From the NCBI GenBank assembly GCA_964019335.1, contig OZ025701.1:434001-498000 (forward strand): a stretch of DNA of 64,000 bases. The letters are read 5' to 3'. The notes under the pieces were generated by a model that ran no database searches, was not told where the DNA came from, and was given only the letters and a program-made list of their open reading frames with translations. Position 1 is the first letter of the stretch; each line of letters opens with the position of its first letter. A program made the position numbers and the translations under genes. This DNA is from Diplonema japonicum. Lineage: Eukaryota; Protista; Euglenozoa: Diplonemea. This document shows positions 11,442 to 20,874 of this stretch, piece by piece.

Positions 11442-14400
11442 TCAATTCCAGCCAGAGTTCGAGGATATTTGTGAAGAGATCGACCGCCGCTTGTCAGCTT
11501 GTTCCTTGAAGGCAAGCTGCCGAGTGATAGTACGGGCACGAGCACGGTGCGTGCCGGCGACTGGGGAACCCGGGGAGCCTGGGGAATCGGGCTCTTCATT
11601 AGAGCCCCCCCAGCCCGAGAAGTTCCCACCTGAGTCAGAGAGATCATCTTTCCATTTGAGGCCGAACGTGACCTTTGTGGCTTTCCGAGGTGCCAGCGAG
11701 GTCTTTTTGTAGATTTTCATGAGATCGTTACGGTTGGAAAGGGACTGGTTCATCTCGACGATGAAGGGAAGCTCCATCAACATCTCGCAGCTCAGTCGTT
11801 TCGACGGCGTGACGACAACAGACTTCGCCAAGAAAGTATTGACATGAGGAACAAAGGCCAGCGTGCTGTACTCGATGACGTCGTCGGGCTTCAAGCTACA
11901 CACGTAGCGTATCACGTTCCAAGGGTTTTCAGATATATGAGAAAAAGGCGGTTTTCCTGTCAGAAGTTCAAGCACTAAACAGCCCACTGACCAGATGTCT
12001 GCTCGTGAGTCATATGGTTCCTCGTTCATCACTTCGGGTGCCATGAAGTTTGGTGTGCCTTTCAGCGATCTCGCCAGACCGTCGGCTTCGTTACCACCGT
12101 TTGAGTCGCGTGTGTTCAGCTCCTTGGCGGTCCCGAAGTCAGTCACCTTGCACACCTCCACACCAGCAGCCGACATCGTGATTAAGATATTTGCTGTTTT
12201 TATATCTCGGTGTATAATGTTGTGTGAATGCAAGAAGTGCAATCCTTGTAGGACGTCTGTTGTGTACGCAGATGCCTGTTCAGGAGGTACGGGTTTCCCC
12301 TTCACCTTGCTCGCCAGCGATCCACCGCTTGCGTACTCCATGAAGATAAGTAGTTGTTGCTCCCCATCCTCGTCTTGTAGCTGCGAGTGAAAGTAATGTA
12401 TGATGTTCGGGTGCTGCAGCTTGAACATCATCTGCACTTCGTTGGTGACCTCGAGAGCTTGGTTCTCGTCTGTGTTATGCAGACGGATCACCTTTACCGC
12501 CATGACACCCTTCGTGATTGTGTTCACGGCTTCAAACACTTCTCCAAAGGCGCCCGAGCCTATTTTTTTCTTCCTCTCCCACGGGCAGGTGTCTTGTTCT
12601 GTTCGGAAAGCTTTCCGAACCATTTCGATCTTGTCCAATTGTTCGCTTGCTTGTTGTATTGTGTCTTCAATTGAATTCAGTATTTTTGTAAAAACTGCGG
12701 GTTTTAAAGGAAGCGTCAGAAGCTGAACACTGCCTTCTGTTTCGTCGCATCGATTTCCCGCATCATTTGCAGTGAGGATGATGTGCAGGTTAGGAACAGT
12801 CTTCAATTTGCCGAAGAGACGGCTTTCTCGTGACTCGTCGAGGTCTAGGATTAGAATGTTTACGTTGCTGATATCTGAAACCTCATCGGCAGTGGCTGCA
12901 ATGGACACGGCGTACTTCCTCAGCCACATGTAATGGCACAGTGACGAACGTATTACTGCGTTGGACTGCACGACCAGAACCTTGATGGTCATGTTCACCC
13001 CACGGTCTTTAACTAATGTTGCCGCCATGTTGTCTGCACTGTCGTGGGATATGATCAACGGGAGCACGATCGACACCTTGCTCCCCACGTCGCTGGCCTC
13101 GTCGCTGTTGCTGTCGTTCGCAGTGTTGAACACCAGCTCCCCACCACACTCCGCCACGATGAGATGCGCCATGATCAGCCCGAACCCCTTCTGGGTTTGC
13201 TCCGTGTGCTCTTCCACATCGTACGACGCTGCTTTGTTCCGGACCATGTCGATGAGCTCCGTTGCGATTCCTGGACCGTTGTCCGTAACTATGAAGGTCA
13301 CCTTTCCGCCTGTTTCGTCGTCTCTGTCGGATTGGACCTGCTTCGCTTCTAGCTTCACCCACCGTGCGTTTTCATTGTTGTTGAAGCGAATGGCGTTGTG
13401 GATGAGGTAGCCGATGATCTGCGGGAGGTTCTTCACGTCCGTTTCTATGCTGTTCGGTATTGTGTTGTGCACTGTGTCTATCACGAGCTCCACGTTGTGC
13501 TGCACTGCTTCGTCGCAGTAATGTGTCCGCAGTTTCCCGAACAAGTCCGACACCACGATGCTTCCCCACGCTTTTGCCGTCTGCCGGTTGCAGACACGTT
13601 CTAGTCGTACTGCAGCTTCTCGCACTTTGTTGGTCTCATTCGATTGCGGCAATGCCTCCACCAGGTTCTTTAGACTCGCCACAGTCCACTGTATGCAGTC
13701 AATCCTCGACTCGGCAGGTGTGCGTTCATGGCAATACGCCATCTGGAACTCCCCCTCGGGGTACACAGACGACACCAGCGCCACCGTCACCACGCACCTG
13801 TTGGCACCGTCTTGACACATCAAGCTCAGTTTTATCTGCTGGGTTTCTTTGAACTCGCGTGCTTGTTCCATCACCAGCTCCACTTCGTCGTGCTCGGCGT
13901 TCGACAGCAGGAAGGCGTTGATGTGGTTCCCGCACGCCTCGGCCTCCGATATCCCTGTCATCTCTTCCATCTTCGGGTTCCACAGACACACTTCGCCTGT
14001 GGCCCGCATGATGAAAATCCCAATATACTTGTGAACATCGTCTATAGGACACCTGATAAGGCCATCCCTTAGTGGGTCTAGGAAGAGGGTCTCTCCGAAA
14101 GGGTGGAGGTCGGTAGCGAAGGGATTGGGGGGTGAAGGGGGATCTTTGCAGAAAGGGTCGGCTTTGGAGTAAGTGAGGGCAGTGAGGGTGAAGTTGCGTG
14201 GAGGCGGGGCACGCGAAGCGTGTGACTGCACGTGACCGTTCTGCGGCGATGCCGAGGCACTGTCTATGTCGGTGCTCTTTACCTTGTTGTTGGTTCCAAA
14301 GTAGAAAGATCCATCTACTCTGTTGAAGTTTTGCGCGTTGAAGGAGGGAAGGCGCTTGAGGGGGCTGAGTGGGGGTTTCGTGCCTCTTTTCGAATGGAGA

Positions 14401-14861
14401 GGCGTGAGCTGGCTTTTCAGCACCCTTGCTGATTGGTGGCCGTCACTGGTCTGGATACTGCGTATAGAGTGCTCCAGTTCCAACTCGGGAATTTGGAACT
14501 CTGTTTGCGTAGCGGCGTCCGCTTCGAACTCTGCCTCATGCAGCTCAGGGAGCGCTGCCCACACAGCCAGCGAGAAGGCCCGCTCAACGAGCCCTCTGGC
14601 CTTCCGGAGGGCGTTCTTGTTTGAGCAGTCGCTTTCTTTCTTGCATAGTATTGTGAGCGCCTCTTTTGCAATCGTGATACCGCCATCGACATATGCAGTC
14701 AGGTCCCCCGCATCATCCAGAGCGTGGATCTCTTCCACAATTTTCCTCAACGGCTCCTTCAGCTTCTCCACACAATGGTACGGCATGCTGTTCCCGCTCT
14801 TGCCGCCATTCCCGTCAGTCATTTCAGATATCGCCTTAGAGCCACTTAAGTCAAGCATCAT
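11442..14861 (-). CDS. Hybrid signalling protein: PAS + HATPase_c-like + receiver-like + STE11/MAP3K-type Ser/Thr kinase (1139 aa)
   Basis: PAS LWNPKMEEMTG; HATPase N/G boxes LIHNAIRF, VTDNGPGI, GFGL; REC-like IKVLVVQS...ILILDL...LPLKP; kinase GSGAFG, AVK, HRDIKTAN, DFG, GTPNFMAPE. Confidence 0.88.
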   Translation of the reverse strand: MMLDLSGSKAISEMTDGNGGKSGNSMPYHCVEKLKEPLRKIVEEIHALDDAGDLTAYVDGGITIAKEALTILCKKESDCSNKNALRKARGLVERAFSLAVWAALPELHEAEFEADAATQTEFQIPELELEHSIRSIQTSDGHQSARVLKSQLTPLHSKRGTKPPLSPLKRLPSFNAQNFNRVDGSFYFGTNNKVKSTDIDSASASPQNGHVQSHASRAPPPRNFTLTALTYSKADPFCKDPPSPPNPFATDLHPFGETLFLDPLRDGLIRCPIDDVHKYIGIFIMRATGEVCLWNPKMEEMTGISEAEACGNHINAFLLSNAEHDEVELVMEQAREFKETQQIKLSLMCQDGANRCVVTVALVSSVYPEGEFQMAYCHERTPAESRIDCIQWTVASLKNLVEALPQSNETNKVREAAVRLERVCNRQTAKAWGSIVVSDLFGKLRTHYCDEAVQHNVELVIDTVHNTIPNSIETDVKNLPQIIGYLIHNAIRFNNNENARWVKLEAKQVQSDRDDETGGKVTFIVTDNGPGIATELIDMVRNKAASYDVEEHTEQTQKGFGLIMAHLIVAECGGELVFNTANDSNSDEASDVGSKVSIVLPLIISHDSADNMAATLVKDRGVNMTIKVLVVQSNAVIRSSLCHYMWLRKYAVSIAATADEVSDISNVNILILDLDESRESRLFGKLKTVPNLHIILTANDAGNRCDETEGSVQLLTLPLKPAVFTKILNSIEDTIQQASEQLDKIEMVRKAFRTEQDTCPWERKKKIGSGAFGEVFEAVNTITKGVMAVKVIRLHNTDENQALEVTNEVQMMFKLQHPNIIHYFHSQLQDEDGEQQLLIFMEYASGGSLASKVKGKPVPPEQASAYTTDVLQGLHFLHSHNIIHRDIKTANILITMSAAGVEVCKVTDFGTAKELNTRDSNGGNEADGLARSLKGTPNFMAPEVMNEEPYDSRADIWSVGCLVLELLTGKPPFSHISENPWNVIRYVCSLKPDDVIEYSTLAFVPHVNTFLAKSVVVTPSKRLSCEMLMELPFIVEMNQSLSNRNDLMKIYKKTSLAPRKATKVTFGLKWKDDLSDSGGNFSGWGGSNEEPDSPGSPGSPVAGTHRARARTITRQLAFKEQADKRRSISSQISSNSGWN

Positions 14862-15519
14862 GGTAGCATCAGTATGCGTGCGTCGTGCTGGAGGGTACTT
14901 TTGTTTTGGAGAAAAAAAGAGGGGGGGGGAACAGAAGGGTCTCTAAAAGAAAAGAAAATAATGAGAAAGGGGGGTGTGTGGGTCCAAAAAAGAAAAAAAA
15001 AAAGAGGGTAGGGAAGAATGAGGACGAAAGAGTGGGAAGGGAGGGGTTTCTTGGAAGAAAATATATGCACACATACCGATATCCCCAACGTATCTAAAGG
15101 GAGGAGGGGATGAGGGGAAAGTAATAAGGGGAGGAGAGTACTTGGGGGAGGGGGAAGAGAGTCAGGAGAAAAGTGGAAACATCGGAAGGGTATTATTCAC
15201 CACGAGAAAACAAAAAAAAAAAACCTTTTTTTTTCGTCTGCAAAAATGGAAGAATAAAAAAAAAGAGAAAAGAGCTCGTTGTCCTTCCTGCCCCCCCCCC
15301 CCCCCCCCCCCCCTGCTCCCTCACTCCCTAGACTCTATTTAAAAAGAAAAAAAAGAGAAAATAAATAGATAAAAAAGGGGCACTTAAAAAAAAAGATAAA
15401 ATAAAATCTATGGTAACCACGAGATACGTTATTCAAAAATTCAAGTTTTTTTTTTTGGTTAGTAATTTCTACAATACACCATTTTCCTCCAAATTCGGAC
15501 AATCTGAAGCTATTCTAGT

Positions 15520-15552
<33 letters not shown>

Positions 15553-15729
15553 ATATGCCCCCGGTGTTGTGTTTAGAATTTCTTTTTTGAATTACCCCAC
15601 AAATATGGCCCCCCCGTGGTTAAAATGGTTAAAAGAAAAAAGAAGAAACCCCTCTCTTTTTTTTTCCTCCCCCCCTCACCCTTTCGTTCCTCACTACACT
15701 TTCCCTTCCCTCCTCTCCCCCTGCTCCCT

Positions 15730-16687
15730 CTATAAGAAATATTCGGGAGAAGCTCGTACCAACTGTGCCTCGCCTCGTCTCGGTGCAGGTTCGTATTGAA
15801 CAAGAGTGGAGTCGAGGTGCTCAGAGATCTCCATGAACGCAGCCTGTTTTTTTTTATTTTATTTATTTTTTTTTTTTCAAGAAAAGCACCTGATTGCCGC
15901 ACCGATAACAGTAGTTCGGTGCCCCCCAGACAGTAATAACACGCTGTTCGTGGGACCACTTGTAGCCCTCCTGGACAAGCTGGTGCGCCCGCGCGATCAT
16001 CTTTAGCCCGTTAGTTTGCAGAAATTTCTCCGAGACATCAGCACCGAAAATATACCCAGCACCTCTGGGGGACACACCCCAGTCTTGCGTTTCATCATCC
16101 GGGTCGGACCACATGAGGTCGCACATTGGCCCGTCGTGTGGCACCTCCTTGCAACGGTCGAGCTGGCGGATGTGGTCGATGGTTTCAAGCGACGGAGACA
16201 GCCCACCGTGGGTGCAGAAAAAACTTTTTTCTATAACTGCCGTCAGCGGGATATGGTCGAAGGTGTCGGTGAACTCCGTCCACACGGCAGCTGAACCATA
16301 TTTCCGCATACATTCATCGTAAAAACCGTACACCTGTGTGATCTGCCTGCTCTCATGGTTTCCTCTCAACAACGTGACCCTGCTTGGGTACTTCACTTTG
16401 TACAGCAGTAGCAACGTGATCGTCTCCACCGAGTAATACCCTCTGTCTACGAAATCGCCCAAGAACAAATAATTCGTGTCCGGAGGGTACCCTCCGATCT
16501 TCAGCATCTCCAGCAGATCGTGCACCTGTCCGTGTATGTCCCCCACCACTGTGACAGGGGCGGGCACAGCGTGCACGTTCAATTCTTCATCGAATACCTC
16601 CCTCGCCTTGTTGCACAGTTCCAACACCCACGCCTCTGATATGTGTTTCGTGTCCAAGCAGCTTGCTATCGCCGCATCGATGTCCAT
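15730..16687 (-). CDS. PP2A-family (PP2A/PP4-like) Ser/Thr phosphatase catalytic subunit, 303 aa, 1 intron (15844-15889)
   Basis: GDIHG, GDFVDRG, RGNHE and YRCGN motifs. The spliced last exon gives AAFMEI...PAPRRGE...PEYFL-stop. Confidence 0.92.
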
Positions 16688-16826
16688 GTCGCTCCTGCCA
16701 AGATACAAAGCTTTGGCAACGGATAAAAAAAAAGAGGGGGGGAAACACAGAGAAAAAAAAAAGAAGGGAAATAAATATATTTACATATACGGATGGGGGG
16801 GGGGGGGGGGGGACTTCTTTTTGCCC

Positions 16827-17109
16827 TCAGGGCCGGGGCAGGGCCGAGAAATCAACGGAGGTGAACCAGGACCGCGCTGCTTCGATGAGCTCCTGTTTTT
16901 TTGATTATTTTTATTCACTACCGTCCCCTTACACACCACTTCATCCGAAGGTATCGAAGGCACGTGGGATATGGTGACATAAAATCGTGTTACGACAGAG
17001 CTTGCCACCCCGTAAAGCGAAGGGTGTGCAGCTTGGGTGTCGGCCGTAAGAGCAGCAGAGATGTCAGATGAACAGAGGTGCAGAGCGGACCACCATGTCT
17101 ATGTGAGGG

Positions 17110-17143
<34 letters not shown>

Positions 17144-19147
17144 ACGTCATACCTCCACTGCCTGCTCTGTCTCCACGACACCCGTGTTGGTACGAACCGC
17201 AGCGTCCACTACTCTCAGGTACTGCTCAGTGGTGGTATTTGTATGTGCCTTCCCTGGGCTCTTCTTCGCAAGCCTCTCTCCTGTGAAGTACGCCACCGCC
17301 GACGGTTCCCATTCCACGGCAGCTGACGTCACTGCGTAGCCTGCCACCACCTTGCTGGGCATGCTGTATGTCTCGCCCATGTCCTCCGCGATTTCCCTGT
17401 CCAGTTCCATCGGCGACAGCGTCGTAAGCACCTCAGTGTAGCACCTCCCCAGTCTCGGGTTGGTCGGTGCTAGGTGCCTGCCAAGGTTCGTCAGTCCCAC
17501 TCGTTTGGCCAATGGGTGTGTCTTTGGTGTGAAGGCGAGTGTTAGTATGTCCAGTGCGATGTTCTGCATTTCCTCACTCTCCACATCCAGCAGTGCAGCC
17601 GCAAAGGTGACGACTGCCGCTTGTACTTCCCACTGGTCACTCTGTGCTATCTCTAGCACCCGCTCACAGTGTTTTTCCGCGCCCTTCCCCACCAGTCCCG
17701 CCAGGAGCAACACACCCGCTGCCCGTCCGCATCTGTCTGTCATCATCGTCCCTTCCACGCCCCTCGCCACCATGTATCTCAGTACCTCTTTATTCCCGCA
17801 GATGGAGTTGACATCCTTTTGCACCAATATGTTCGTGAGCACGATGCACGCCACCTCGTCTGTAACCCCTCTGGCATCCGTTAGTACATTTTGCAAGGTG
17901 TTGACCACCGACAGCACTTCCGCCTTCTCGTACGCCTTGAACCAGTGCAGCATGATGTCGATGAAAACGTCCCTCTGCAAGGCGGATCCGCCCTTCAGAG
18001 CAGGCACGCACTTGGGGAGGAAGTACTCCCGCCACGCTTCCCAGGCTACCTTGGAGTCTTTGTGGGTTGTGGCGTCACCGATGACGGAGAAGAGGACAGT
18101 CGCTTGGCGGGTATTGTCGGAGGCAGGGACGAGGGGGTCAAAGAGGAAAGCGAGTGAGGCGGTGAGGTGCATGAGCTCGAAGGGCTTGCGGTGTATCTGC
18201 TCAGCAAGGAGCTCGGCGGAGGAGAGAAGCGAAGTCCAGACAGACTGCGTGACATCAGCAGGGAGGTCACGGATGTTACTGCCGAACCATGTGAGGTAGT
18301 TCTTGGTGGCGTTGGGTGGGAAGGTAGCAGTCACAGACATCCCCGACAGCACTTCTCGCACTGTCTTCGACGTGATGCTCTTTAGAGAGACGTCTATGGT
18401 CCCCGTCACGGAACCCTCGTCGATTTGACTGCTCTGCTTGGAGTCCATGCCAGCCTCCCGCATCCCGTAGTTCCCACGCAGGGCAACGGAGGCGTCGATG
18501 GTTTTCACCTTGACCTCCTTGAAACTGATGGTAGTGTTGGGTGATGTGTCGTCGGCAGCGTCAGGGGGTTTCATGGCTGTCATTTTCTGCGGGGGTTTGG
18601 CCTTAAACCTGGTCGGGTCTTCCACCTTCTCCTTTTGGGTATCTTCCGCATGTGTTTTGAGCATTTGATGAGCCCGCTCCTCCTTCTTCCTCAGGTCGAC
18701 ATCGCCTATGATGGTGTCGATGCCAGAAGGCGTTGTGTTTTCACGTAGTAGGGCGGTGGCGGTTGCCTTCCTGAACGGGGGGACCTTGGTCTCGGGTGCG
18801 TCGATGGGGGGAAGGTGCTGGAGCTTCCTCGATGTGAGGAACTCGTACAGCGAGCCGACGAACGAAATGGCGACGCCCTCCTTCGACAGGATGATGCCGT
18901 CTACGACGTCCTTCCCCACGTTCATCCCCTTCGTGTCCAGTATCTTCTTCAATGTTTCCCAATTATCTCTTTTCTTCGTAACCGCCGTTCCTGTGTCGAT
19001 CGAGTGCATCGGGACACCCTTCCAGTAACGCGACAGGATCTCCGCAATCAAGAACCCGTTGCTAAAATCCCTCCGCGGGTTCTTCAGGGAGTACGACAGG
19101 TCCAATGACTGCACCCATTTCAGCACCTCCCTCGGTAGCCCGCTCAT
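16827..19147 (-). CDS. SPATA4/SPEF1-like calponin-homology (CH_2) protein with helical C-terminal region, ~740 aa, introns 17099-17152 and 16893-16936
   Basis: MSGLPREVLKWVQSLDLSYSLKNPRRDFSNGFLIAEILSRY is the CH_2 signature. Two GT-AG introns keep the frame to TGA 16827. Confidence 0.8.
17110..17142. repeat. (TTG)n microsatellite inside an intron
   Basis: About 11 TTG/CAA units visible. Confidence 0.9.
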
Positions 19148-19238
19148 CTTGAAGGGGGAGTGCTGTGTATATGGTGAGGTGGTTTTGGAAAAGGAAACGG
19201 GTGGGGGGGAAGAATTGTTTTTTATATATATATTTTTT

Positions 19239-19985
19239 TTTATTTCATTCTTCAGAAATTACTTCACGCACTGGGGGGCCCATTACTTCACGCTAAATCT
19301 CATTACTTCACGGTGAAATAATGGCCTGTTTTCCGTGAAGTAATAGGGGGTTTCCGTTAAATAATATGCCTCGGTAGGCCAATTTTTGCCTCGGTTCGGT
19401 TCCCAGTGGGGCTACTTTTTCCTCTCAGTTTGCTATTTCCCCCCAGGTTCAGCTCAATTGGCCAACTTTTGCCTCGGCTCAGTTCCAAGTTGGACTACTT
19501 TTTCCTCCCAATTTGCCCACTTTTGGCTAGGCCTTGTTCCCAGTTTCTGTGGGTAACTCTTCTGTGGGTAAGGGTAACTTAGTCAGCTTACCCAAGCTCC
19601 CCAAAAGACTTCAAAATACCGAAGCAGCAGAAAAAAAGGAGCCAGCGGCCGCGCTAGGTATGGGAAGGCCTGATTAGAGATGGTGACAGTGGCAATGCCA
19701 GCGACAGCGGCAGCTCTTAGTCAACAAAAGGAGGAAAAACAACTTGTATTGTAACCTTTGTAACCCCTCTCTTGTTGTACCCCTTGTCACCCTGTTGTGC
19801 CCCTTGTGGTGAAGTAATTTCAGAGTGTCGTGAAATAAAACCACTTACCTACCGCCAAGTAATGCTTTACCGACCTCTCGGTTCCGCATTTTACCATCTC
19901 GGGCCCTGCAGGCCCTCGACGGTAAAATGCGGAACCTCGAGGTAACGGTAAAGTCATTACTTGTTGGCAGTAAATAGCTATTATT
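19239..19985. mobile_element. Putative non-autonomous element with subterminal inverted repeats, internal degenerate tandem repeats and a long terminal hairpin
   Basis: GAAATTACTTCAC (19255-19267) versus GTGAAGTAATTTC (19809-19821); ATTACTTCACG three times; ~50-bp-arm hairpin at 19856-19963; a related end recurs at ~56116-56215. Confidence 0.6.
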
Positions 19986-20486
19986 TCAAGGTTGAAGTTT
20001 TTTCCTCCGTTTCGCTTCGGGGCAGTTGGTGTTTTCGGTTTCGTAAAAACTTCGGAGTAGGGCTACCGCCCTGTCCCTTTGATGTCCCTCGGACGTGGCT
20101 AGAGTGTAGTAAGGGTTCTCCTTGTTGATATCTAGGACACCACCGCATCCCCCGAAGCGATCGTTGCTGCAGCCGTAGTAAGCGGTTTTCACTTTGTTGT
20201 AGATAAGTGCCGGTGTGCACATAACGCAAGGTTCAACTGTAACGTACAAATCGCTGCCCTCTAGTATTGTCTGGGCTGTGTCTGGGGAGGCCCTCCGCAG
20301 GGCCTCCATGGCCACCACCTCAGCGTGCGCACACCCGTTGAACTCGATGTTTGTCCTGTTTCTGCCTCTCGCCACCACTTTTCCCTCCTTCACGAACACA
20401 CACCCGATTGGCACCTCCTCTTCTTCCTTCGCAAGCTCCGCTTCTTGGAATGCTTGCTCCATGTACTCTTCTTTGTACCCACCCAT
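19986..20486 (-). CDS. ADAT2: tRNA adenosine-34 deaminase catalytic subunit (Tad2), 166 aa
   Basis: EVPIGCVFV, HAE, VTVEPCVMC and YGCSNDRFGGCG motifs. Start placed at ATG 20486. Confidence 0.9.
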   Translation of the reverse strand: MGGYKEEYMEQAFQEAELAKEEEEVPIGCVFVKEGKVVARGRNRTNIEFNGCAHAEVVAMEALRRASPDTAQTILEGSDLYVTVEPCVMCTPALIYNKVKTAYYGCSNDRFGGCGGVLDINKENPYYTLATSEGHQRDRAVALLRSFYETENTNCPEAKRRKKLQP

Positions 20487-20874
20487 CCCAACCTCTCCTC
20501 TTTTCTTTTTTTTCTTCTTTTTTTTTTTTTTTAAAGTTTTTTTTTCCCTTGCTGAACAGAGAAAATTCATATCGTAGATGCGCCGCAAGAGAGGGAAGAA
20601 AAAAAATAAAAAGGGGAATAGCACTTTCAAAGAAAAAAAAAGAATAACTAACAGATATAAAGAAGAAAATATTCATCCCTGTGCCCAGTCGTGGAAACGA
20701 TAGCACAATTGGAACTCTCGGTAAAAAAAACCCCCCCCGCACACCCCGTATGTTTTCTCTCTCATCACCCTTTTTTTTAAAAAGCAAACCGTACCGTAAT
20801 GAAGAATGGGACGTGGAAGGGGGAGGAGAGGCACTTCTAAAGAAGTGTCCAATAGTTTCTAAAGACTAGGTCCA

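Noticed and set aside
15410-15633. Possible third piggyBac MITE (TAACCACG ... CGTGGTTA, TTAA on the right)
   Set aside because: Only 8 bp of inverted match and no left TTAA, so too weak.
19255-19345. CRISPR-like repeat-spacer pattern (ATTACTTCACG x3)
   Set aside because: Repeats and spacers are far too short, the context is eukaryotic and there are no cas genes. Better explained as element subterminal repeats.
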